A stretch of DNA of 63,636 nt, filler included, from Licmophora abbreviata (taxonomy: Eukaryota): NCBI GenBank assembly GCA_900291995.1. It is 15 parts of 15 records of this genome, joined end to end, with 100 filler letters (N's around TTAATTAATTAA, not from the genome) between each part and the next. Parts side by side here need not be neighbours in the genome. Positions count along the whole stretch, not along the records: positions 15,733 to 27,328 come from OLMU01002588.1; positions 27,429 to 34,823 come from OLMU01002589.1; positions 34,924 to 40,674 come from OLMU01002591.1; 12 more parts are not named here. The stretch is one strand, 5' to 3'. Below the pieces are notes generated by a model. The model saw only the letters and a program-made list of their open reading frames with translations, did no database searches and was not told the DNA's origin. Positions 23,937 to 36,722 of this stretch are shown here, one piece after another (the first letter of the stretch is position 1; every line of letters begins with the position of its first letter). The translations under genes and the position numbers were made by a program.

Positions 23937-26900
23937 ATGACGGGAATTCGCAGGTCTTCCAGAGCCAAAAGGCAAGCTACATCGATCTATGATGATGCTA
24001 AAAGGGACATTGAAGAATTGGAGGGGTTGAACTCCGATACTGAGAGGTGAGAAATCATGAATTTGGTCTGGGGTTTTCGTGTCATTTTTCTCGCGTGGAT
24101 GATGGTTGAGCACTTTGCCCTGGCTTGAAATTGGGGTGGTTCAACAGGGAGATGCGATGGATGACAGAAATAAACCACGTACTCATCATTCTATTCTCTG
24201 GCTGCTGCTACACAGGATGTCGGACGACGAAGATAACGACAGTGACGAAACCGAAGCAGAATCTCTTCCCTCAAACGTGGACGAGCAGGACGACTCCTCT
24301 GGCGAGAACAATCCCAAGCCAACGTCATCATCCCGACGCTCTCCACCATCGAAGCCTCAGAAAAAGAGCGGTAAGGGCGGAGGCCTGAACAACTCCGAAA
24401 AAGTCCGACGAGGCCGCGACGGAGCCAATGCGCGACCTGACATGATTATCCCGAATCGTCGCAGAACTCAGACCGCTTTAGCGACGCTCTCTCGCAAAAT
24501 CCTTGATGACACAGAAGACTCTACTAATTCCTTGGTCGCAGCGCTGCTTCAGTCCGCCAAGAGGCCGGCTGGTTCTAAAGGCCGTGGCACACGAGCCAAC
24601 GATCTTTCCGTCTACACACAGCGGCTCCAAGCGATTGCACGCGGAGTAGTCGACGAACACAAGGACGACCCGAACAAGGCGCAGATCGGCCTTCTCAATA
24701 TGTTGTTTCGCTCGGTGGGTGGAACCATCGAATCAGGCCTCGATCCGAAAGAAAATATCTTGGAGGAGATGACGGGCGACGAGTGGGCTACTGTTATCAC
24801 TGAACTAGTGGACGATATGTGTCACACTCCTGCCGATTGCGTTCTGTTCTGCGCCGACCCTAATGGAGCCGTTCACGCTGCTGCTGTCGAATCCAGCAAG
24901 GGAGTGTCAACCGACGAAATCGATACAACTCCTTCTGCTGCGGGTGTCCGCGAGTACCGTCACATTTATGAAGAATTCTGGTATGTCCTTGGCCGTGAAG
25001 CGCTTTCGGGAAAGTCGGCCGATGCTGATGGCGACGAAGAATCGGAGGACTCCAGTTTCGCTCAGGCGAATTCTTTTGGCGCCGAGATCGTCCGCGAACT
25101 AGTCACGCGAATGACGGAACTCATCACTGTGGGGCAGCCAGACATTCGTGCAGCAGCGACGGTTGCGGCCTTGCAACTCGGTCATGCGCTTCTCAACCGA
25201 ACACTGGAGCTCGGGAACGAGTTAGAGGCTGCCGCACGACAGTTTCAAACTATGGGCGGCGGAAAGAAAACCAAGCATTCTTCCAAGGCTGAGATGCTTC
25301 GTGACCAGATGGGTTCGCTAAAACGGCTGCGTGCGGATCTTGAAGAAATTGTTCATTCGACCGTCGTCCAAGGAGTGTTTATGCACCGCTACCGGGATTC
25401 CAATATGTACATTCGTGCCGCCTGTATCAAAGCTTTATCACGAATGTCTCTCCAGCGCCCAGATTTGTTCCTCGACGACAAATATCTCAAATACTTTGGC
25501 TGGATGATGAGTGACAAGGCGGCATGTGTCCGAGTAGAGAGCCTGGTCGGATTGAAGGCGCCTTTCGACGCGCATCGCAAAATCGCAGAGGGATCTTTGC
25601 GACGGGGAGTATCTTCCAAGATTGATCCTCGGGCCATGGAGAATCTCCTCACCCGATTTCTGCCTCGTATTGTTGATTGCACGATTGACGTCAGTGTCCG
25701 AGTCCAAGAAGAAGCTGTCGCGCTGCTGCGTGCTCTTGTCCCCCATGGTATCATGGAGCATCTTGACGAGGATCGTCTGTGGCAGCAGCTCAACTCTCGT
25801 GCGCTTGCTAAGGATACAACTGCCAAAGTACGTCGCGATGCGCTGTACCTCGTGTTGGATCAGCTCGATTCTTTCGACGAGCGCCCGACGACTATGGAAA
25901 ATCATGACAAACCATTGCGTGAAGAGCTGGCCGAACATCAGCTGGATGCATTGACATCATGGTATGTGCCCCAATTGGAAATACGAATTCCTTGTCGTGA
26001 TCCCCAACACTCACTCCGCGTGCATCTATCCTGTTAGGATTGCCCACACCTTGTGCGACGGGTCCATCCCGATTGAAAATATCAGCATTGACGTGGTGGA
26101 CTTCGTGGTCCAGTCTTTACGAACGATGCCGGAACACAAGGCTCTTGTCACTAATTGGTCGGTGATTCTTAGCGCTATTTCGGAAGATTCTACCGCGACA
26201 ACCGCCACAGATAAACGAAGCCAAGATCGAACTGACGTTGCCAAGCACCGGGTCCTTGTCCGACTTCTTTCGTCGGCTGCGGAAGCGGAAGTGGGAGCTG
26301 TTTCTAATACAGCCTTCCTTGGTGGCGACATTGACCCCGAAATGTATGAATTGCAGCAAAAGGAATCAACTGGTGAAACCAGCCAGCGAGTAACGAAGGC
26401 CTCGAAGTCCTACTCTCCAGGTATGGCCCACGAAGAGCTTTCGGTCGCCTTGCTCAAGTCGCTTCCCGAACTCCTAGTCAAGTTCAAGGGAGATGATACT
26501 CTCCTTCAAAGCATAACGATTCTTTCGCGCTACCTCTGTAAGTCATGTGACCGTGGTCGCGTCGTTCCTGCCATGTATGCTGCCTATTCTGACATCAGCT
26601 TGCTGACTCTGTACCTCGCTCTAGTACCGTCCGTTTGTGGCCTGTCTCAGCGCCAGAAGGACTTTGCTGATTTGCTCAAGAATCTTTCAAAGGTCTACAT
26701 GGACACGTCCGATGAAATCGTGATGCAGAACGTAGCCTTATCACTTTCCTTCATGTCCAAGGACGGTCAGACTCGGGGGCAGGAGGCACGCAAGTCTCTC
26801 AGAAGTCTCGCCATTGCTCTATGCGAACGAGGCACCAACCTGATGGAGGCGCCGAACTCTGATGCCTCGGCACTTGGGAACAAGCGAAAGGCCCCGAGCG

Positions 26901-29260
26901 CAAGACGTCCTTCTAAGAGAAGCCGCGGGGATAGAGGGTCTCTATCGAGTGATGACTCTTCTCCCTCTGTCGACTCAGAGCCTGCTTCGCGGTCTGGCGA
27001 GAGGAATTCGGCTGTCGCCCTTTGCTTGAAGAGGCTAAAAGTATTATCGAAACGGGTGAATCTGAAACTTCTGCTTCGCAAGGATGATGGCGATTTTGAC
27101 GATGAGTCTACCACCCTCGATGATCTCATCAACGCCGCAGTCAAGGAAGCGGCTACTCAGCTGGAAGCGCGACTGACGAGAGAGGATGGACCCGTTTCAA
27201 ACATATGGCGTAGTAGGAATTATCAGGAGCACGCGTCAGTTGCCAACTTCATCAGCGAGACACTGTCGTTTCTTTTAAGCTGCGTTGCTTGGAAAGTTTT
27301 GTGTGGTTCACGGTGAAGACGGAGTACTNNNNNNNNNNNNNNNNNNNNNNNNNNNNNNNNNNNNNNNNNNNNTTAATTAATTAANNNNNNNNNNNNNNNN
27401 NNNNNNNNNNNNNNNNNNNNNNNNNNNNTTGCCAACTTCATCAGCGAGACACTGTCGTTTCTTTTAAGCTGCGTTGCTTGGAAAGTTTGTGTGGTTCACG
27501 GTGAAGACGGAGTACTTCTGACTGAAGACAGCGACTTGACTTCATCAAATGCGGAAGATGTGGAAGGCGACGAGCTGGAGGACCCTCCTACTCTTGTCTT
27601 GCGAGAGCAGCTTGTAAAGCTGCTTGAACTCTGCTTTTCGATTCTTCCGGAAGAGAGCGAAGGGGCGGGAATCACGAAGGAGCAGATTGCCTTTTCGAGC
27701 CAAGTACAGACGAGTGCGCTGAACTGCACATCCGATTTGAGAGTCTTACTGCCGCGACAGTGGGCCGACGCATCGTCGGTGTCGCTCCGTGCATGCGCTC
27801 TTTTGAACGATGGACATTTGATCGGGGGTTCTTTACGCTGGTTCAGAAAACAGGAAGAAAAAGTAAGTTTCTTGTGTCGAACGTTCAACCATTGGGCTAA
27901 GCGCCTCTCTGACGGTTTCCTCCTGTCTGCCACGTAGCTCCTGGATATTGGGAGGCATGGAGAGGAGAATGTCGATCTAACCAGGAAACTGCTGCTCCCG
28001 CTGGGTCGTTCCGTAGCCATCGATTGGCGCAATGGGAATCGAAGGGAGGCCGGAGTGTTGTTGTCGCACATCGCCGGAAGCGGCCACGAAGCTTCGCAGC
28101 TGGTCTCTTCCATCACTCGAGTCCTCAAGAAGGTAAGCAGTGCTATCGGCTCCGGCCTGTTATGGAAATATCGTCTCACGCTTGTTTGGAATCTTCGCCT
28201 CTGCAGCAGAATGACCCCGTCCGCTTGTTGGAAGCTCACATGGCCTGCCTTATGCAATGCTTTGAGGATTGGATCCAAAGTGAGCCTGAAGAGGTCGAGA
28301 GTGATCGACCCACCGACGAAGAAATGGCAGCGTTTGACAACGCGGAACGCAAACACGTCGAGCGAGTAAGTTGGTCGCGTACCTCATCAGCAGCAGTCGT
28401 TGTGTACACTCACGCCTTTACTACCGCTTCTTTCCATTGAAAATAGTTTGCTTTGTTCGGTCGAATGGCTACACGACAATGCATGTCATTTGGAGTTGGA
28501 GCCTGGAACGATCCGAAACTCTCATCAGGCATCCTCAATTTCCTGCGTAAGGGCATTTCGTATGCTTTCTCCAACAAGGAAAACGATGATTTACTTCTTG
28601 GGTGTCGACTTCCGTTCCTTGTGATCCTGAACAAGTAAGTCAGTTGCTACGTATTAGCTCGCTTTCGCATAGACGCGATCATTTCTCACCACTCTGTCGC
28701 TACTCGTCAGGTATATTGCTCGTACTCGTTCTGGTTGGACCATTCAGCAACAAGACGAAATTGGTCTTGTCCTCAACGAGCGAGAGGCCGAGCTTCGCGA
28801 GCATCCTGACTTTTCGGAAGTCCACGAAGACGACCTGGCCTCCATTTCTTCGTTTCGTTCGGCAGTCGGCCTCAAGGATGACGGACCAGTACCGATTTCT
28901 CCCAATAGTGACTCTCGAGATACGCTGAGCGTCGGTGACGATTCTCTTGGCGAAGGAACAAGCATTCGGGGCATGGCTCCGACTCCGTCGAGTCATTACT
29001 CAACCACGTCACGCAATCGCCATTCGAAGGGCAGCAGCGCTGGTAGCGTTAGGTCTCGGCTTTCTTCCGCGCAACACTCTTTGTCACCTTTACTCGAGGA
29101 AGATGGTGGAAGCAGCAGCCCGTCGCCGTCTTTGCCACCTAGGCGGGGAAGGAGACGTCGAAAGGGATCGTTCGAGGGTAGTCAGACCTTCTCAACGCTC
29201 GGCAAATCGATCATCGCTGAAGGGAGCGAAGCGGGCGACTCGGAGGACGAAAGTTTCTAA
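23937..29260 (+). CDS. STAG: Cohesin subunit SA/STAG/Scc3
   Basis: DIRAAATVAAL, VFMHRYRDSNMYIRAACI, FLDDKYLKYFGWMMSDKAACVR (STAG/SCD domain). Seven GT-AG introns: 24047-24215, 25962-26037, 26538-26624, 27863-27937, 28133-28206/9, 28366-28446, 28635-28710. Continues in frame across the overlapping gap. Confidence 0.92.
27240..27516. repeat. 88/89-bp direct duplication flanking a linker (unmerged overlap with a one-T discrepancy)
   Basis: 27240-27328 equals 27429-27516 except AAAGTTTTGTG versus AAAGTTTGTG. Confidence 0.95.
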
Positions 29261-29557
29261 GTAAGAATTACTAGTTAGTCTGCAGGGGATTTCTAAACTG
29301 GCCTTCCTTGTTGAGATCTTGTAAGAGTAGTGTACGCAAGGAGACATGACCCCTTGAAGTCATGCCACTGCAATATTCGTAAATGTTTCATTCCATGGGC
29401 GGAAGGAGGACAAGAAAATTAGGGTGATACGATAGCAAAGAGCTCGGTCGACTACTGTTGCACACTTTCAAACATGCGGGGCGTCTGCGATGTGTGACTC
29501 GCTAAACCTCCGAGCATACCGGTACCAGAGAGATCGGTGACATTGGTCCATGCGACT

Positions 29558-31892
29558 CTAGCGAGAACACAGTGCGAACAATGAGGATGGAATGGCATCG
29601 GTCTTTCGGAGGTTACCATCCTCTTCGGTCTGCAAAACCCCACGGAGCGCCCTTACGCAAGTCCGATAGTGCTCTAATGCAGTACGGATGAGATCTTTCT
29701 TGACGCTTATCTCAGTCGCTCTTTCGGGAGCCTCAATCAGGGATCTCATAATTGCGAACTGTCTAGTCTGACCACCTTTCAACAAGCTAATCGCCGTTCC
29801 CTTTCGTCCAGCCCGTGCAGTACGCCCGCACCTGATACATGCGTCAATGGAGAGACGTAAGAACGGGTGGAAGCTATTGCGGAAATTGCACTCAACCACT
29901 CCCATCTTACCTATGAACATATGTTTTTGCAAAACTTGGTACATCATAGTTGAATATGCATGGTACAGAAAGATCAAGTCCGCGACTCATCCCGTCGGAA
30001 CAGACCACCACGGAGACTGTGCTCTCGCCCGACCCAGCGCAACACTCCATCAAGGCGGAACGCTGTGACTGGCTCAGGGCACTGGAATACTCAACGACTG
30101 CTGTCGGTGGGCCGATTCCGACGGACGCCCATAGAAGCTGGAGCAATCGCGCAAGTCGATGGGTCGAATCCAAGCTTGAGGTGAACACAACCATCGTATT
30201 CGATTCTCCCTCAGATTCCACTTCTAGATACTCAAGCAGCAAAGCGAGCAAGATCAGTGGTTTTTGCTCAGCAGTGCATTCAATAGTGCGCTCTGATAAA
30301 CCGCTCGGCATCGAATATCTATGTGGTGCATCCGCGGTACCTTCCTGCAAGCGATGAGCGTCGAATTGCTTTGGATTAACCAGTCCAAGAGATGAGAGCT
30401 TTTGTGGATCCCTGGTCATTGTTGCCGAAAAGAGCAACTTCCTTAGCTGCACAGTTTGATGAATCGTCGGTTCTGGCGATAGACTGCCCGTATCGTTGCC
30501 CTCATCTCTGGCTCGTCGCCATGTTACGGGGTCAACGAGACAGGATGTACCTGCTGGTGATAGTTCCAGAGCTGATCGTTCCGTCGCGGTCCTCAATCTT
30601 GAATGCACAGCGGTCATCACCCGAGAGATGAAACTGTGGTAGGACTGATTCAGGAGGCGATCGGCTTCATCAACGACAAGAAAGTGCAAGTGTTGCAATG
30701 TGAAACCCGGCGTCCGATCCATATGATCCACGAGGCGACCAGGCGTCGCCACGAGGATGTCGACCGCACTCACCCCTCCCAATGGCATCCGACGTGCTGC
30801 ACTGTGCTGTTCAAGGTCACCCGCACCGGGGAATGCTTCGAGGGCGAGGTGGACATTGCCTGGATCAAACAGGTAGCGTTGGTGTGCGTGTAAAATGCTC
30901 GGCAAAAGACAAGTCGTATTCGACCCAACTGTCAGTGCTTTCTGCTCCGCCTTGAAGTCCGATTGGCCAACAGCCAGTCCGACGCGCAGGTTAGACCCGT
31001 GTGCGTATCGCTCAAAGACTTTGTGCACTTGAAGTGCGAGATCGCGACTTGGAAGAACGACCAGTGCCCGCAGTCGACAGACGGTCCTGTCGGCAAGCGC
31101 GTTCAGCAAAGGCAAAACAAACGCCAGGGTCTTTCCACTTCCAGTAGGCGACGCCACGCACACATCGCGAGCACGAAGGAATCCATGGCGCTGCGATGCA
31201 ATGACGTCAGGGATAACGAGTGCCTGGATCGGAAAGAAGTGATCGTAACCATCCCGCTTTAAGTTTGCAATGAGAAATGGGGCCAGCTCCCAAGATGCAG
31301 CCGCTTGCTCGATTGGCAAACTCGACATGTGTAGTGCCGCCCGAACCTCATTAGTAAGTGTAGCAGTGGTCGTATCGTCCGTGTGCCCCTCTAACTTTCC
31401 CTTGTTGTCCTCATCCAACAAGAGTTCCATATCGATGTCGAAGTCGTCAAAGGCTTCGTCTGTCCCACTTGACTTTAGGCTTGTACTACCAGTGGCTGGC
31501 TTGGCTTCTTCGGCGATGACCCGCAGAGTCGATGTTTCGCCCTCGTCGACTTCCTGTCCGGACAGGCTGGTGCTCGAATCCGATTCCGACGATTCCAGCT
31601 CAGACGAATCCTGTAAATTTTGTTCGGTGATGGAGGCATCGCGTCGTGAATACATCTTCTTCTTCTTCTTCCCCTCATCCTCTCGAGTTCCGATCGTCAG
31701 CTTTTCTTCACGTACTTCTGCTGGAGCATTACAAGAAGCTTCCGATTGGCCGCGTCCATGCTCTGAGCTCATCTGTTTCCTCTTACGACCATCATTCTTT
31801 GCAGCGCGTCTCTTTCGCGTAGAGCGAGGATGTTTGTCTGTCTTTTTGGTGTCGTCCGGCGCCCGGGGATCGAAGCGGCCAACTTGAAACAT
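29558..31892 (-). CDS. DDX51: DEAD-box RNA helicase DDX51/Dbp6 (60S biogenesis)
   Basis: FFPIQ, SPTGSGKTLAF, RLRALVVLPSRDLA, ATPGRLVDH, DEADRLL, LFSAT, SDGMSRGLD, YVHR|CGRTARAG across intron 29910-29832. Confidence 0.9.
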
Positions 31893-32251
31893 CAGTGACG
31901 AGACGTATGATGAGATGTGTTGGGATGGGCGATCGCGGCGAGATCTATCGGCCGATGTAATGGCTGGGGATTGAAACCAATGTGTTGTCAATTCGAGTTA
32001 CAGTTTTCAGAACAACATCGTCATCTCAACACAAAGGAGTATGCTGTGCGGGTGAGCGTCGTCATGGTTGTGTGTGGTCATGGGGTCGGTTGCTACGTAG
32101 ATCCAGCGTAGCTTATTCGTATTGATTTTTGGAACGTCGCGCCGTCGCCGGTGATGTGTTATGGTCTCAATACATTCACATTAGACCCGGGTATGATACC
32201 AGTTATACCGTCATCGCATTGACGAAGAAGAAGATTAGGAGGTATCTCACT

Positions 32252-33193
32252 ATGATCATCAGCGAGAGGCAGAGACTCCAGGATGAGTGCGCAGTGCTGC
32301 GGAGTACATTAAAGAGCATACAGAGACGACGGCGGGATGCGCGGCGCCAGTTGGAGAATGGTACGGCGTCAGAGCTTGCTCGCGCCCATGAAAGTCGGAA
32401 CGAAGCGTCTCGAGAACGAGCTCGGGCGGTCGACGAGTACGAATCGCAGATATGTGCGCACCGAGTAGCATCGAAACGACTGAACGAGGCGCAGAAGTGG
32501 AATGTGACGAACGACTGCTTCTTCATTTGGCATAGAGGGCCATTTGGAACAATCAACGGACTGCGACTCGGAAGTGCCGTCGCGCTTGTCCCCGCGGACT
32601 CGGACGAGCCTCTTCACACCCCCACTGTCGCTGAAAAGAGTACAACGCTCGGAAGAGTCGGTATTCGGGGTTACACTCTCGGCTTTTCATCATTGGACAC
32701 GCCCCCGCCCCCGACTCCTCTACAGACCTCGTCGGAAAAGGTGCCATGGGTCGAGATCAACTCGGCGCTGGGCATGGTGGCGTTGCTGCTTTCCACTCTG
32801 GAGCGGAAGCCTCACAGTGGCATACACTTTCACAACGAAGTTGTACCGCTTGGAAGTACCAGCAGAATAGGCATCAGAAGCGGCCAGTCTGTTGCATACT
32901 ACGAACTCTTCTCAGATGACGGAGGATTTCAACTCTTTGGCAAACGAAGCTTCAACATTGCCTTGACAGGTCTGCTGAGGTGCGTCGCGGATGCTGCGCG
33001 GGCTGTTCAAGAACGAGATAGGACCATTGTACTTCCACATGCGATTGATATTCCAGCCCGTGGGGACGGGACGATTGCGGGTTTGTCCATTGCTTACGAC
33101 CCAGACGGAGACCGATGGACACGCGCCCTCAAGTACCTGCTGCTGGACCTCAAATGGCTCGTCGCTTTTACCACGAAGCATGTCGATCGATAA
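32252..33193 (+). CDS. ATG6: Beclin-1/ATG6 (coiled coil plus BARA domain); N-terminus short or unresolved
   Basis: NVTNDCFFIWHRGPFGTINGLRLG, WVEINSALG, FNIAL, WTRALKYLLLDLKW. Confidence 0.88.
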   Translation: MIISERQRLQDECAVLRSTLKSIQRRRRDARRQLENGTASELARAHESRNEASRERARAVDEYESQICAHRVASKRLNEAQKWNVTNDCFFIWHRGPFGTINGLRLGSAVALVPADSDEPLHTPTVAEKSTTLGRVGIRGYTLGFSSLDTPPPPTPLQTSSEKVPWVEINSALGMVALLLSTLERKPHSGIHFHNEVVPLGSTSRIGIRSGQSVAYYELFSDDGGFQLFGKRSFNIALTGLLRCVADAARAVQERDRTIVLPHAIDIPARGDGTIAGLSIAYDPDGDRWTRALKYLLLDLKWLVAFTTKHVDR

Positions 33194-33282
33194 ACTCTTG
33201 TCGACTGATTAAGAATCCTTATAACATTATGGCTTGCTATCTACTGTAGTTGCACCGGCATGCACTTGTACTACTTCATCAT

Positions 33283-34823
33283 CTACGGTCGATGTCGCCA
33301 GCTGCGAACATTCGCTGTCCAGTGTTCAGGTACAGCTGCATTCTCACCGCCAACTCCGAGTTGTGCTTTTAAATTGCCTGGGAGCCTCCGCTGAACATGT
33401 TCCAAACCTTGCTTACTCACAAGCCCCCTACCACAACACTGCCGAAACACATCTCCCAGCAATCGGCACTCTTCGTTTCGATTCAATGCCAGGTTGGAAC
33501 ACGCTCTCATCATGGCTAGGAAAGTCAGTTCGTTCGGTTGCTCAAAGTCATCAGAGCTCTTCATCTGCTCAAACACGCGAATGGCCGTTTGTAATGCTTT
33601 CCTTTTCTCCTCTGGCTTGTGAACCAGCCTCCCACAGGCGTTGATGCATGCAGTACATGCAAAAGCATCAGGCCTGAGTTTCTTATTTCCGGCCTCGTAA
33701 CCGTCTATCATACGAGCCAGCGTGGCATATGCTCGATCCGCTTTGTTTCGCTCCATACTCTTTGCGAACGCGTTAATGACTGACGTGTACGTCACCTTGT
33801 CGGGAGCAACGCCGCTTCTGCCCGAGCGCGTCATTTCTTCCATGCGATTCAGGAGCGCCTCAGCCTCTGTTGCATTTCCTTTTCGTCCCTGCTTGGCCAG
33901 AGCGTCAATTACGCTGTTGTACGAAATTGTATCTGGATAAGGCAGGTTGACTTCTCGTTTCGATCCTTCCTTCTCTAGCCGACGAAGTAAGTCCAGAGCT
34001 TCGGCTACCTTTCCTGTGCGAGAGTAGGCATGCAAAAGACTGTTGTAGCTGTAGAGATCGGGTTGGCAAAACTCTTCCAGGCGATTTAAGATCGTCTCCG
34101 CACGCTGCGCAGACTCAGGGTGGTTGCTATTTGCCCATGCAGCAATGAGGGCATTCCCACTTACAGACGTGGGCTTAAAGTCGATGTCATCCGTTTCTTT
34201 GTAGAGATCAAGCATTCGGTCCAGCAGCTTCTCCGCATTTTCCGCAGCGTCGGGGGTCTTACAGCGCGACCAAGCCGTGATGCATGTCGTGAAAGCAATA
34301 CAGTTCGGTTTGACCTCTCGCCCCTCGCGATACAAAGATTCCATTCGATCAAGGATTGCGGCTGCTCGACGAGCCGCAAGTTCGGTCTGCTCCTTGGAAG
34401 GACAGTTCGCCCACGCATCCATTACCAGTGAAAGTGTGCGTGTATCCGGAGTCAGTCCAACGTCGTCGTCATCCATTTCGTCCACATCACCAAGCTCCTT
34501 CGTCTCATCAAGAAGCTCCATTTGCTTCAAAAGCGCTTCGGCATTTTCCGCGGCAACCTGTCCTCGCTTGCTCCTGACCCACGCGAGAATTGCGCTGTTG
34601 AAGACAATGCGATTCACCTTAATCACAGTTCCTGGTGATCGAGACGTACTGCCTTGGAGATAGTCCCGTCGCTTGTTGATCATATGATTTAGCATGAGAC
34701 CGGCTCTTTCTTCAGCACCGGTGACCCCGCTTCTTGCCAACGCATCAATAACTGCGGCCAAGCTTCGGGCTGTGGGTACGGCGCCCTGGAAAGGAGAATT
34801 TGCGTCGGAGCACTCAACTAGCC
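33283..34823 (-). CDS. Pentatricopeptide repeat (PPR) protein, 5'-truncated
   Basis: Repeated P(N/D)xxx(F/Y)NxxIxAWA...AE.LL..M units (e.g. PDTISYNSVIDALAK, PDKVTYTSVINAFAK). Ends in VPEHWTANV. Confidence 0.9.
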
Positions 34824-34923
34824 NNNNNNNNNNNNNNNNNNNNNNNNNNNNNNNNNNNNNNNNNNNNTTAATTAATTAANNNNNNNNNNNNNNNNNNNNN
34901 NNNNNNNNNNNNNNNNNNNNNNN

Positions 34924-35929
34924 AGATCTTGCCGCCATGGCGTTCTTAGCCTTTGGGACCCACCTTATATTTTCCGTATTCTACAATCAGATTCTCAACA
35001 AGACACTATGGAGAAATCATCCTCGAGACTTTGAGGTTTCCAAGACCTGTCTCGCTGGGAAGTTGTTTTGTCAAATTGGCCAACTCGCGCTTTGGGTCTA
35101 CGCCGGTGAAGAATTCATCATTTTTCTGAGCGCACTGGGTGTGCCGAGGCTTGAAAACAGCCCCCAACTGTTTGGATCCTGTGTTTATGCCGCATGGACA
35201 GCTACGAAGCTTAGCCATTTGAAAAACTCCCTCCTTGACCGAGCAATCGCCCGATACCCCAACGCACGCAAGCTGTCTGCGCGCAAACTGATCTACACTC
35301 GTTTCCTGGATGCTGTCATCTATCTCATCGGCACTTTGCTTTTTCTCGACGCTAATAATATTGATATCGGAGTTGCCTTCGCCTCGTTGATAACGCTTGG
35401 CGGTGTCTCTTCAGTTGTCATCGGTCTGGCGCTCAAGAGCCCCATGGAAGATATAATACAGGGAACAAGCCTCTTGTTGGCAGACAAGTTCCGCCCTGGG
35501 GATACCATTCGGCTAGGAGATGGGACGGCTGGAAGTGTGACCGATATTCGGTGGACGGACACACAGATACGTGGGCTAGACGACAGTTTCGTTCGTATCC
35601 CGCACTCTCAACTGGCCAAGACCCGTGTCGTCAACTTGTCGCGGACGAACCGATCGCAAGTGAAGCAAGAGATCACGCTACCGATCAAACAGATAAGCAA
35701 GGTTGAAAAGCTAATTGACGACATCAAGAGTGAAATTCGTCAAGCCTGTCCCGAACTCATTCAAGACGGCGCACTCCCTTTTCGTGTTCATTGGACGGAC
35801 TACAACCGCGACAATATCGTCCTGACGGTTGACTGCAACTTTCGGATCAAGCGAGTCTCCGAAGCTTACTGGGCGAATCGACAGAACGTTCTGATGGCTA
35901 TTGCACGGGCTATCAAGAAGAATGAGTGA
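34924..35929 (+). CDS. MscS-family mechanosensitive channel, 5'-truncated
   Basis: TM segments, LGGVSSVVIGLALK, KFRPGDTI, GSVTDIRW, FVRIPHSQL...VVNLSR. Confidence 0.88.
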
Positions 35930-36722
35930 GGAGGTCGCATGAACGAGCACGCCCTACGACATCGATCGAGGCGAGTCGTAAGTTGGGCTTTAGATATGAC
36001 CCACTATGTCGTTAACATATTCGAAAAAAATTAAGGGAAGCCAGATTAAAATAGTGTCCCTATCTAGAGAGATTCGTCGTCAACCGCTGGTAGGTTGCAA
36101 TCACCACTAATGGGAGGCGATCACGTCAAGCTACATCGTAGCGACTAGTCTAGCCACGAGCTAGAGAGTCTACACCGGTCCGTTGCGGGTCGACAACGCA
36201 CAACATCCAGGAGTCCACTCGCAAAGACACAGAGAGGCGTAAACACAATCATATGTAATTGGCTTGCAAGCCATAGTTGGATTTACCATAATGCTACTAT
36301 TCAGGCTGTGTTTCGGGCATTGTGATAGAAGGGCGCAATTTCCATGTTCGATATCATGCCTTATTGTCCTGGAAGGTCAGAGCATGAACAAATGACGTAA
36401 TGTCGCAGCTACTTATGGAAGTTGATGGCGACAGCAATCTTCTCATTTTGTACCACAGAATACTCTCACTTCTACGACGTGTTGTGGGGCGTTGGCAGCG
36501 ACGCTAAGTACGCACTCCTGACAGGGTACACTTTGTGACCTCACGGTGACCCACTCAGGACGCCAATACTTATGGACAGGCATCATCCCATCTTCTCGCA
36601 TGGCGCCAAACATCAAAGTTGCCACAACCCTTTCAAGATTGCACATGGACTGCCTAGTCTTTTGTATCCATACTGACTGAGTCTCTCATACGCCTCACAT
36701 ACCCAACGAGAAGCACAACGCA

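Noticed and set aside
27496..28356. Long antisense ORFs (this one, 31270-31887, 60157-60765 and others)
   Set aside because: These are shadows of real genes on the opposite strand, expected at this GC content.
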